From Phallusia mammillata (taxonomy: Eukaryota): DNA of 64,000 nucleotides. The notes below the pieces were generated by a model that saw only the letters and a list, made by a program, of their open reading frames with translations, ran no database searches and had not been told where the DNA came from. Shown piece by piece: positions 35,149 through 46,946 of the stretch (its first letter is position 1; each line of letters opens with the position of its first letter). Made by a program: the position numbers and the translations under genes. The stretch spans positions 7,688,001 to 7,752,000 of the forward strand of contig OZ281496.1 in the NCBI GenBank assembly GCA_965637545.1, read 5' to 3'.

Positions 35149-38100
35149 AACTAGTATCAACTTGTGGCAGCCAGCTATCTAAAAAACTTCCTTTTCCAGC
35201 GTGTCCGATTACCCCTCACTTATATTGGTCCGAAACTAGGACAATCCAACTGAGGGAAAATAAAAATTATTTGACAAGAACTTAATTATATGTCAGACTC
35301 AACCAGTAACAAAATCCAATAACAAACAGAATCAATTTCGTCAAACTTTAGGATTCTATGGTCGATAAAGTTGGCAATTTTTGTTCTAACTTTTAAAACA
35401 CTGGAAGGTTTTTTTTTTCTTTTGACGTAGAGTATTGTGCACGTTGTTCGCAAGTAGCAAAACAACAAAACTGCAAAAACAGCAAAAACGTAATACTTCA
35501 TATTTTTCATGTTTGTGTACAGTTACTAAAAGCTCAATGCTTCTTTTAGTAAAAAAATATTGTCTGATTTGAAGCAATTTTGAAACAAGCTGCTTATATT
35601 TTTATGTCAGAATTTAACAAAATAAAATAAATTGTAAGCCATCCCAACAAAGAAACTAAACTTTTGTGGACCATTTCTGGACTTGCTTTGTTGAAAACAT
35701 TACAAAGTTAACAGAACCAAACACAAGTTTTAAACAGAACAAACACTTAATTACGTATAGACTAATTTTCGACTGAAGTGTTGAGCGAATCGGCATTATC
35801 TTGCTTCGCAATGCAGCAGTCAGCTGGGCAACAATTTCCTTTTCCCTGCGTGTCAGATTACAAGCGTTAATTATAACGGTCCGGGTCCGAACTGGGCAAA
35901 ACCGTTTATACAGTCCACTGGCGCTGGTAAAATCAAAATGCGTTGTGCTGTGCTTTCTTAAGTAACTTTAACCTAAAGCAACTCGCTGTAGCCAATGTGA
36001 CAAACAACCAAGTTTTTGAACACACGTGACAAAGTCTTTCTTATTTTTATTTTAATATACCATAGACACCTTGTTACTTACTGCGACACACTTGTTTGTT
36101 TGAACTAATGTGGCATAACTGACATACAAGTTGCTGTTCAAGCTGCCTGACTATTTGCTAATGAGATTTATTCTAAATTACCGTTTTGTCTTGCAGCAGA
36201 TAGTATCGTGTTCAATAGAATCCTAATTCACACGCTTTCGGTCACAAATATTGTTTGTGGAACAATGCAGTAAAGTAACTATGCGTGTGCTTATTAACTT
36301 GACTTTACTTAACCGCATTGTGTCTCATACGTGCTGAGCTGATCGAGTGGCTTAGCGACGCGGCAGTCAGCTGTGCAACAATTTCCTTTCCCTGCGTGTT
36401 CAATTACAAGAGTCATTTATAGTGGTCATCATGTCTAACACATCGGTGAAAACACTTTTGCGCCGATTTTATTACCTTTAGTGGAAAATATTACAAGTAA
36501 TACTAACTTTCGCTTTATTTACAACTGCGGTCATATTACACACTCAAATTAACCTAACTGCTGGTCAAATATGAAACCTGTGAAAAAATCGTCTTAACAA
36601 ACCAATTAAACTTCCCACTTGCTTTGCCTCGCTACTGAAAATCCCACAACAGGGCTACTGTTTCCATTTGCATCGCGTACACAAACTAATTTATACAGTA
36701 ATCAGTTATGCAGCTGCGACCTACGACGTTTTCACGTTTTTGTATTACAGGAAGCAATTAGCTAGTTTGACTAAGGGCATGCATGCAGTCAGGGACGAAT
36801 AGTGTATGTGGCGTTTTTTTTTTCAGTAGAACGTTTGGCAGCGTATGTTTTGACTGATTTTTGAATGACAATTTAGGTGTCAACTACGCGTGATGTTACA
36901 CACTCATTCAGCTACAGTGACGCGTGTGAACCCCGTCACATGAGGTTGCAGTGGAACGAAGCGTTTTTCTGAATAAGGAAACGATATTGCACAAAGTGTC
37001 AGTTAACACCTCATATTGCATGATGCAAGCCAACAAGTACCGTAGTTTACACGTTGTTTTCTCCAAAAGTTAACTATTTGATTATATTTATTCGTTTTTG
37101 TATGATGCAAAATTAATTTTCAAACGTTTTTGCTTTGTGTGTTACGAAAAAGTCATTTACTCGTCATCACCAAACTGCTGAGGAGAAGTATACAAATCAG
37201 AGTGCCAGAGAATCCTCAGCCGGGGTTCATTTGCCTTTTATTAATGCAGAGGGTTGTTAGTGTTTATTTAAAAGTAAAGTGTTGAAAAGTGTGTCTTCTA
37301 GGAAATGTTGTTACGAGCGGAGCCACGAATCTTAAGTATATTTACAACGCAAAGAAAAACTGCTTGAAGCTATAACATATTTTAAACACTGATGATGCGA
37401 CATTGTTCAGCATAAAGGAAAAAAATCAGAAATTTTCCACATAGAAATTAAGGCAAACTTTGAAACAATCGAGTTTTAGGAAATATTACAATCAAGAAAC
37501 ATAATCAAACGAAATACTGTAAGACATTAATTGCAATATCTGCCAATCTCGCTTAAATTTGCACAAGGAGCAGACCAGAAAAATCTAACATGCGATGGAA
37601 TCCCACGACAGGGATTTAATTATACTTTGTTTGAACAAATTCACAGATATGAGAGACCTTTGCGGCGCATTATAATGTTTTCTAAGCCTAGCATCGGCCT
37701 TATATTTGCAAGTGAAATTTCTTAGCTGACGTTTCAATCTGGCTTACTATGACCAGTTGTTGCCCGCACACAAAATAATGTAGACAGAAATTAAGTGTGT
37801 AACTGCGACCTCCGACGTTTATACGTTTTTGTGTTACAGTAAGCTATTGACTAGTTTGACTCAGGGCACGCAGTCAATCAATTGACGTTTAGCAGCGTAT
37901 ACTTAGCCTGTGCTTTGAATTCCAATTTAGGTTTCAACTACGCGGTGTAATATTACACACTCATTTATCTACAGTGACCGGTCTGGTGAGCGAAACGTTG
38001 GCAAAAATACAAGTTCTTAATAAAACAACTAGCATTTGGTTTAGCATTACACCACGTGAACGGCAAACAAAAAGTATGCAATTTGCTATCAGCTAAAACT

Positions 38101-38199
38101 AAAAAAAGCTTTCAACGCTGTTGATACGATTATATACTATCACAAAATATTATTTGGAAAATAAAAATATATCACATCCATGTCATCGTAATGCTGCGA

Positions 38200-39030
38200 A
38201 TGTTAACATTACTTTTTTGGACAGTTTGATTCATATTCGTATGGATAACAATTTTGATTTGGGTTAAAGTAGATCTAAGTACATTACGCACTTTGTTAAT
38301 TGTTCAACAAAATCATCAGCGTTTAATAAACTTACTCCAATTCTGTAATCGTTTCTAAACAAATTACCATCCTGCAGCCTGGAAGGGTGGGTGCCATAGA
38401 CGTAAGGATAAAAATAAGTAAGTAAACTTATAATTTCTGTTGATTTTGCATTAAGTCGATCAAACGTCGAATTTACATCGGGATAAAACACTGAAAAAAT
38501 TTGGTTTAATGTCAATTAACTTTACATGGTACTGCATTAAAAGGTTTAAACGATCGCTGATAACAAACATTCCATTGGCGTTTGAATTTGTAATACTAGT
38601 AAATATTCAGTAATTGATTGGCTTAAATTATTTGCAAAAACAACATGTGAAGTGTTTGTCTTACCACTTTTTGGTTTTAGTTGATATCGAGAGTAAAACA
38701 TTTTGTGCATGTATTCTCTAAAAATTTGCATAAATCCGTTTTCTATTTAATATTGCAAGCAACTCTGCTCTCTGCAGGCCTCCAGTGGTGTTTGATTAGG
38801 AGCATGACGTAACATCATGTATTTTCCCTAAAAACTAGCAGGTGCTGAAAAAAATTGCATTATGCAACAAAATATTTGCCTGATATTCATAACAAGCTTG
38901 ACTTTTAAAATCTGATCTTGTGCAAGTAGCAAATGTCTCTAATGTATTTTTGCTCATCCAGTTTCGGTAATCTGGAATTGAAAAACCACGAACAATTTGC
39001 GAGTGGAGAAAATAATCTTTTTCACCTATA
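38200..39030 (-). pseudogene. Intelectin-like gene internal fragment (copy B, decayed)
   Basis: PDYRNWMSKNTLETFATCTRSDFKSQACYEYQ and FYPDVNSTFDRLNAKSTEI are homologous to the exons at 53360-52700; stops and frameshifts are present. Confidence 0.8.
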
Positions 39031-40859
39031 ACATTTTCGTTGTTGTTTGACGACGTAACAAACCACAAATTAGCCACAAACCACAAATTCAAAAAAGGAC
39101 AAATCTTAAAAACAACGACGGCCTTGCAACCCTGTCTTTAGCGCACTAACAAAACCATGGTGAAGTATTTATATTTTCTGCAAAGTAAGAAATTCAACGT
39201 CCACACGCTTGTTTTTAGGTAATTGTCTTCAATTATTTGTATCTCAACAACTTTTTTTAAAGATTCATCCAACAAAAAACTTGTGCAACTGTTATCTTAC
39301 AATGCAATTGGATACGAAACTTGGCGAGTACTTTGACTAAATGCTGACAATTCATCCATTGCAATATTGGAAAGCTCAAACACAAAGTGAACTATATCAT
39401 ATTTATTGTTTAAACAGACGAAAATTTGTATCACTTCGTCAAACAACACGATTATTAAGTCATGTTTGCTAAAAGGTTCGTTGTGCAACACTTACGAGAT
39501 GTAAATTTCGCTGCGGATCCAATGATTGGAAACAGATGAAGATGTACTGCAATAGAAAGTATCTCATAATATCCCATAGATTTTGAACTCATTTTATTGC
39601 TCAGTAGTTAAGCTGTTTGGCTGATGTTGACTGCTTTATTGACTTGCTTGCGATATGCTGTATTGGTTTATTAACTATGCACTATATTATATTTGGATAA
39701 GAATAAGCTGAACTCGTGTTGTTAATAACTAAAAGAGTTTCCAAAAGATCTACTGTTTAACACTATACATATATTTAAACTGGACAAAGTCAATTTTACT
39801 CATCGTCTTTTTGGGTTACGTAAAAGCTGTTTCTCGGTCATCATACAATTGCTGAGTCACCGTTAGGAAAAACAGTTTCACAATTATCCAGTTTTGTGTG
39901 TGTTTTTACTCTTCATAAATAGTATTGGGTCAACAGACCTTGTTTTGTTTAAACAGGAAAAAAAAACGGAGTTTAAACACTTTATTGTTATAACCGAACA
40001 AGTGTGTATGTTATAACAAACATATCAACATTTTAAACGTCGGAATTGGCAAAGTTAAGAAAATTTGAAAATTCCGAACCAAAAAGTGCTTACAGGTGTA
40101 TGCAATCACCTATAAAGTCTGTTTAATGCATAAATTGTTAAAGCTAACAGAGTTTGAAAATTCCACATGATAATTGGTCCTAGTTTTACGAAAAATATCT
40201 TTTGTGGTAAAGAAATTGGAAACAAATGCAGAAAAACCTCAAATGTGTGTCAAGGAAAGGTTGCTATTACAAAATGCTGTTGAAGTAGAAACGAAATTTC
40301 AGATTGTGAAAACTATTTTAACCTCAAAATATTCAAGTTTGTCGCTTGGACCTCACGGGTATATGCATAAAAAAGTAGTTTCAACCATGACTGACAAAAA
40401 AATAGTTTTCCTTGCATTATTTTTCAGTAACATTCAACAGAAAATAAAACAACATCGCTTATTACTGTACTGGCTTAACTATTCCTTGGAAAGTTCGCCA
40501 TAGATTTGAAACAAATTTAACGAAAGTGAATGAGATAAGTTGTAGTACAATGTATTTTTTTCTCGTTTGATGATTTAAAATAATTTGTGAGCACTTTTAA
40601 TTGGACTAAACTAATATTGTTTGGATGTTGTTTACCAGTGTAGGAAAAAAATTCTGGTTTTAACTTAAAAGCTAGATAAATTTCCTGGTTCATCTGTATC
40701 GTAATATCTGTTGGTTTTAAAGTTCTTCATTCCATGTTCGTTTAGATTCAGGTTTCTAACCTAACAATTCTAAACCAAGACCAGTTTTATTTTATGTTCT
40801 ATAAATGCTAAAAACGAGGAGCAGTACCCCAAGTATGTTTAGGCACGACTCGCCACAGC

Positions 40860-41095
40860 CGAGATTTTTATTTAGCACGAGCAATATTTTCAACTTGGAC
40901 AGAAAACGTTACATATAAAAAATTACAAAGTTTTGGAATCGCTGTTGCCACTGAGAGCACAAATACGTTCATAGTAAAAATATCCATTGAATTCGCAGGT
41001 GAAAACTTGTTTTCGCAATAAAATTTCAGCATTTTAATTTGGACTTCTAGAAATTCCCTGCTAAAGCAAACTCTTTTAGCGAACCTCACGTCGAT
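40860..41095 (-). mobile_element. Penelope-like thumb/HTH fragment
   Basis: AKRVCFSREFLEVQIKML..CENKFSP..MDIF...LYV..QVENIAR resembles the PLE RA..ICS..L..E..L..NGYP...LPYV...IAR block. Confidence 0.5.
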
Positions 41096-41225
41096 GATTT
41101 TTTTATTGGTGTTTGTCAAACCGTTTCTCACAAACATCACATCGATGAGATTTCTCGTTAGTGTGAATCAACATGTGTGTTTTCAAATGACTACCACAAG
41201 CAAACCGTTTTTCACAAATATTACT
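41096..41225 (-). pseudogene. Zinc-finger gene stub (about 1.5 fingers)
   Basis: ICEKRFACGSHLKTHMLIHTNEKSHRCDVCEKRFD; a ZNF-type upstream module lies at ~41390-41630. Confidence 0.7.
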
Positions 41226-41974
41226 ATGTTTAAACAAGTTTGCAAACGTAACATACAGATTCTTTGGGGCATTGTAATGTTTTCTGAACACTGCACCGGC
41301 TTGCAAACAGAATCAACATTAATGCTATCAACAATCTGCAAATCAAAATGTCTACGTCTGCCGGCACCATCTTGGTCCGCAATATTACAGTCAGCTGTGC
41401 AACAATTCTCTTTTCCATCGTGTCCGATTTCAAGCGTCATTCATATTGGTATGAAATTGGCCAAACTAACTGCAAGAACAGGTTTTCATTAGCGCTGACA
41501 CAATTGGCATAACGCTGGTTTTCATTAGCCCAAGGTTTGTCAAGTGTTTAATTATCACCTGCTTATGTAATAAGCGAAACACCTGCAACTTCTATCTGAA
41601 GCAATATATCTCGCTGTAGCCAACGTAACGAACACCTTTCTACATTGCCTGTTGCTGCTTATTGCTAAGTAAGTCAAATTAAAGCATGTTGCCTAATGCA
41701 AACTGCAATGGAATAAGCAATTTTTCATTTGGCAAAACCCGTCCTAAAGGAATATGTCCTAAAAGTTTCTCACTGCTCATTACAAAATTTTCAGTTACTA
41801 ATGTGTTTCAGTTTTATCCTAAATTTTCTAAGTAGAGTGGAACGTATTTACAGTACTTTGTAGGTTTGTCTGTTTAAAAAAATTACCAAGTTCAGTAAAT
41901 AATTTGATTTGGTTAAAAATTTTATACAGTTGATTTGGTTAAACTATTAAATGCTCAACACTTTCAATATTTTC

Positions 41975-42300
41975 CAGGGAGTCGAACCGGAACTGAATCC
42001 GAACCCACTGAAAAATACAAAAGGTAACACTTATAGGGCGTGTCAAAAATTAGAGTGCGCGGGCAAAATTCTTTTGTAGTTTTATGAGGCCATGTAGATG
42101 ATGGATAAAATAAAAATGAATAAAAATTTAAACCGGTTTAAAAACCGCAAACCGGTTTGGACCGGATAATTTGGCCGAACCGGAACAAAACCCGAAAATA
42201 TACATTTTTAAAAAGCGGAATCGAACCCGAACCCTTAAAAACAAAACCAAGTGAACCCGAACCGAACCTGAACCCGTATGACAATCGGCTCGGCTCCCTG
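41975..42300. mobile_element. hAT-type MITE with an internal insertion (~42030-42125)
   Basis: 8-bp TSD ATATTTTC; TIR CAGGGAG(T/C)CGA(A/G)CC; many GAACCG subterminal repeats. Confidence 0.82.
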
Positions 42301-42896
42301 ATATTTTCATAACCACTGAATCATTATCATACGATATAAAATTTAACATATATATGCAATACTTTAAATGACTGCGACCTGCTTACTCAACGTGTTACAA
42401 ATTCTAAACCAAAGGAAACGTACCTTAACGTGTTTATTGTGGTTGAATACAAGTAAAATATCACTTCTTTGCCCAATTGAAATTCAGAACAATATTAAAC
42501 GAATACATACACAATGCTGAATCTTACACCTATGTGTAAACAAACCTGAGTTTTATTTGTGTCGTTAAAAATAAACAAGGTAATATTTTGATGTTATTGA
42601 TTTAAACAAAACATCTTCAACCCAGTTCATCAAGTAAAACATAGCGTAATCGGATACAAGTGTTTTTAGTAATATTTTAAAGAAATTACTAATGTAAAGG
42701 AGGCGAATATCCCATCGACTGGCGCCGAACTTAAATTACAAGAGATTCGAATGGTTTGGTGAACAACGTTAAATGGACACAGAATCACCGTTTTTTATTG
42801 TTACTTTGTGTGGTACATGTTTTTCAAAAACTGTTTGGGAACAAAATCCATACAAAAAAAGCAATTTTCAGCTAACCTACACCAGTAAAGTTAACT

Positions 42897-43498
42897 TTAG
42901 TTGTGAGTCAAAATGTGTCTTTTCAAATTTGAATTGTCACCGAAACTCTTTCCACAAACATCACATCGATGTGGTTTTTCTTTAGTGTGGGTCAACATGT
43001 GTCTTTTACAACTACCCATACGAGCAAACTCTTTTTCACAAACATCACATCGATGAGGTTTCTCTTTGGTGTGAGTCAACATGTGGTTTTTAAATTTCCA
43101 CTTTGGGTAAATCTTTTATCACAAGTATCACACCAATGTGGTTTCTCTTTAGTGTGAGTCAACATGTGGGTTTTCAAATTTGATATGATACTGAAACTCT
43201 TTTCACAAACATCACATCGATGTGGTTTCGCTTTAGTATGTGTCAACATGTGTGATTTTAAAACTCCCATGCGAGCAAATCCTTTTTCACAAATATCACA
43301 TCTGTATGATCTCTCTTTAGTGTGAATCAACATGTGTCTTTTTAAATCTCCACTACGAGCAAATTGTTTTTCACAAACATCACATCGATAAAGTTTCTTA
43401 ATGCTGTGTTTGGGCATATGTCGTTTTACATTTCCATCTTCATAAAACCTTTGATCACAAATATCACTTTGATCCAAGTCCAAATCCGTTGATGTCAT
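42897..43498 (-). pseudogene. C2H2 zinc-finger gene, 6 fingers, frameshift in finger 4 (~43080)
   Basis: ORFs 43076-43498 and 42897-43082 join by a 1-nt shift; could be a real lesion or a sequence error. Confidence 0.8.
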
Positions 43499-43927
43499 CT
43501 CGTCAAAATTAGTAATTCAGTTATTATATTTAAAAAAATGAATACACTGATTTACGAATAGTATGTCATGACCTGAAACAAAACAGACTTTTTTGTTCAT
43601 CTGGCAAATGCAAACAAGTCATCCGACGTTTCAACGTCTTATACTATGCGTCTAAGGGTAACGTCAGCTAGTCAACCAGTCGTTCTTATAACAACAAGAG
43701 AGTGAACACGAAAAACACACTGGCGCGAAAACGCCGATAATGCATTGATTAAAACGTGGATAGAATCGTAGTTAAGTGTTGCAAATGCGACCGATAGCTA
43801 ATCGCCATTAGAACATCAGTTTTTATGTTTATCTTGATTTGTAGAGTTATCTTGTAATGCTGATTGGTTTGTAAAAATATACCATCCGAAGGCTTAAAAT
43901 TTCTGTATCCAGGAAATAAATTTTGTT

Positions 43928-43977
43928 GTTGCAGATAGTGCACACTGTTTCGACCTATAAGCTCTCATCAGTGCAGC
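43928..43977 (-). ncRNA. Type I hammerhead ribozyme
   Basis: GCUGCA-CUGAUGA-GAGCUuauAGGUC-GAAACAGUGugCACUAUC-UGCAAC; all three stems are present, and the neighbouring partial copies give the consensus CACUGUC|UGCAGC. Confidence 0.78.
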
Positions 43978-44320
43978 TGGTGACGAGAGATCGGCCGCAT
44001 TGGCTAGTGTAGCCATCAAACGGCACTCCAGTTTGTGGTGAGCAACAGGGTTCAACCCCATACATCACCCAGTCTGTGCGATGCCACAACTGGGCATACA
44101 GCACAAATGAAACTGGCTCACAGTGGCCAAGCAACTGCTTGGGAACCACAGTGAAGTCGGCTCAGTGTCACAGTATCAATGTAAAAGCATATGAGCCAAT
44201 AAATGATAAGCTGCATAGGTCGAAACAGTGTGCACTGTCTGCAGCTTATCATTTATTGGCTCATATGCGAAACAGTGTGCACTGTCTGCAGCTTATCATT
44301 TATTGGCTCATATGCTTTTA
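43928..44320 (-). mobile_element. Retrozyme-like insertion: ~282-nt cleavage-to-cleavage monomer plus inverted junction copies
   Basis: The minus strand from 44215 starts UGCAGC (post-cleavage sequence) and ends at the hammerhead cleavage site at 43934. The + strand 44216-44320 holds two copies spanning the GUC|UGCAGC junction. Confidence 0.65.
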
Positions 44321-45769
44321 AATTTTGTTGTTTTTCTCTACAAACAAACCAGCACAACCAGGTACCTGCAGTTCGTGTCCCACCAACCGTTAAACCAAAG
44401 CCTTTGTACATCGAAGAGCCGGATAGCTCATTAAAGGATCGCCCAAGGAACACCAAAGAGACATAGCAAAAGGGTTTCAGAGTAATTGGCCATGGTTAGC
44501 CACGCAACTGATTATGTTCACGTAATTCTAGAACTGCTTCCTTTACCAACGAGACAGATTGTAGAAAAAAAGGTTCTTATAGTCGTTGAACATTCAAGAC
44601 GTCGATTAGCTATCGGTCGGTTTACAGTGCGGAACAACGGTTTTATCTACGTTTTTGCGTCATTGTCTTTTTCGTGTTTACTTTCGGATTGTTGTAGGAA
44701 CGAATGTGTTCGCTGACATTAGCTGTGGACTATTAACTTTGGAAACATGAATGTATGATAAGCATTTCACCAGTCTGAACAATAACATCCAATAGAATCT
44801 AGTATGATTCCCAAGATACAAAATTATGTTTACTCACAAAATATTGTTTATTTTAGATTGATACATAATTGTCAATCTAATTCTAAATTATATATCAATA
44901 GAGTTATTTGGTGATTTATGGCCACCCACAGCTGATGTGAGCTCGAAATGACTTCCAGCATTGTATTTACTAAACTAAGATATGCACCGAGGGATGTAAG
45001 TTGGATTAGGACAGTCACCAAGCATAGTGTTATCGGGCCTTATTGGTTGCGAAAAAGAACATGAGGTATTTTTTCCGCCTGATGTTTTACATAGTTTTAC
45101 AAGGGCCGCATGTGATTTTCATCTTGTTTTATACGTTTAAAGAACTTTTTCGCTACGACGGCCGCATTGTTAGATTTTTATTTCGCCAACAGCACCAATT
45201 GACTTCTAGTTTTGATTTACAGATGTAATGAAATAGGTTTATATCTGCCCAAAACGCTCAGACTAATTTTTAACTCAATGCAGAGATTGAGCTTCGAAAT
45301 GTGAAGATGAGTCTTAACTGTTTATGACGTCATAATTTATATTGTGACGTTTGTGGTACCTGTTTTATCGTTATGTTTGTACACAATAGGCGTACAAACG
45401 TCTGACGCACAAGGCTACTAAGCTGGTAATCATCTTTCCAGTGCCACAATATCTGTTTAGAGCAGTTTGAAAATCAAAATATTTGGCAGAGGAGTTTTAA
45501 TTACACAGTCGGCAGTGCATATTTTTAACATGTTTACGGCCGCACAAACTCGCCTCTGTGACTGCATGTAGCCTTGCGACTGCAGGTTGTGGATCCCTGA
45601 CTGCAACTTAACGCTTTGAGGAACTGTTTTTCTGTCGTTTCTATTCATAACAGAATATCAATATTTTTATGAATTAAATTTCTGTAAATGTCCGTTCAAA
45701 TAACAGCTTTCACTTTAAAAGGTAAGAATAATTGATTATAATTAGATAAAAATGTGACAAATGCTACAA

Positions 45770-45852
45770 ATGTTGCTGATGTTCGTGAGCGTTCGTGGGC
45801 CGCATTGGAGGGCTTCGTGAGCCGCATGCGGCCCGCGAGTTTGACACCCCTG
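45770..45852. mobile_element. hAT MITE terminal remnant
   Basis: ...gcatgcggcccgcgagtttgacacccctg, a typical Charlie-like end; no matching left end found. Confidence 0.5.
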
Positions 45853-46946
45853 TTTTACATAGTTTAAACCATAGCTATAAAAACCCAAGCAGTTACTAGT
45901 GTTAACGACCTAATTCTGGTCAGTATTTTTCCATATGTCTGACTTCGTTAAAGTTATAACAATTCTGCATTCTGGCAATCCGCAGGTTACCAAGCAACTT
46001 CCATGTGGCAAGGCGTGGTAACTTAAATAAAAATCAAAATTACAGTAAGAAAGAATTTGTTTTATATTATAGTCCAGAATCCAGACCATTGCTAATATTA
46101 CGTGGTAATTTAGTATTTTTATCGTTTTTGTATTTCCTATAAGCTAGGGCAGGTGTCATAAAAAACTACAAAAACGTTCCGAATTAAACAGAAAGTAGTC
46201 AACAACTTAAATCGATTGTGTAAATTGCCCCAAACCTAAGGTGAAATCTCGTTATTGCAAACAAAACACTAAAACTCTGCCCTTAGCTTTTCTTGTCTAA
46301 ATGTTTTATTGCTACACAGGTCTGTAGTCCGAAACGTTTTCTTTTAAAGCTTTTCGGTTTTGGTTCGGTTACTTTCATATTGAACCTTCTGTATGGAGTG
46401 GAAGGTAATGCTGAAGCCTACCACCATGTTTAAACGAACCTGTTTGTAATTGAGTCGCTAATATTAAACAATTTCATGATTGGTTGCTATTGATTTTAAT
46501 TAAACATTTTAACCGAGTTCATGAAGCAAACAATCGCAAGATGAAACAAACCCAAATATTGTTTTTTTTTGCAATATTCCGAAGAAATTTCCAATGTAAA
46601 GCACTCGAATATCCCATGGACTGGTCCCACATTTCTTGCTTAATTTGCAGTAGGATTTTGGTGAACAACGTTAACTGTACACATAGTCACCGTTTTTATA
46701 GTTACTTTGTGTGATGCATGTTTTCTCAAACTGTTTGTAAATAAAATCCATACAAAAAGGCAATTTTCACCCCAAGTAAACATTGTAATGAACATCACAC
46801 AAGAAAAGCTACTTTTGTTGTGAGTCAACAAGGGTATTTTCAAAGATGAAATGACATTGAATGACTTTTCCCAAACATCACATTGATGAGGTTTATTTTT
46901 TTGTGATAATCAACATGTGGGTTTTCAAACTTCCGCTTTGGGCAAA

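Larger units (their letters stand above)
43620..44730. mobile_element. Penelope-derived non-autonomous element with inverted terminal segments
   Basis: 43680-43830 and 44600-44730 are inverted copies (gaccgatagctaatcg / cgattagctatcggtc); 44330-44480 is homologous to 9250-9400. Confidence 0.55.

Noticed and set aside
37388-37420. Hammerhead at CTGATGATG (also a decayed-looking one at ~43625-43665)
   Set aside because: No downstream GAAA core at 37388; the CUGANGA box is destroyed at 43660.
40174-40503. 109-aa plus-strand ORF as a gene
   Set aside because: No recognisable motif, splice context or paralogue; compatible with chance in AT-rich DNA.
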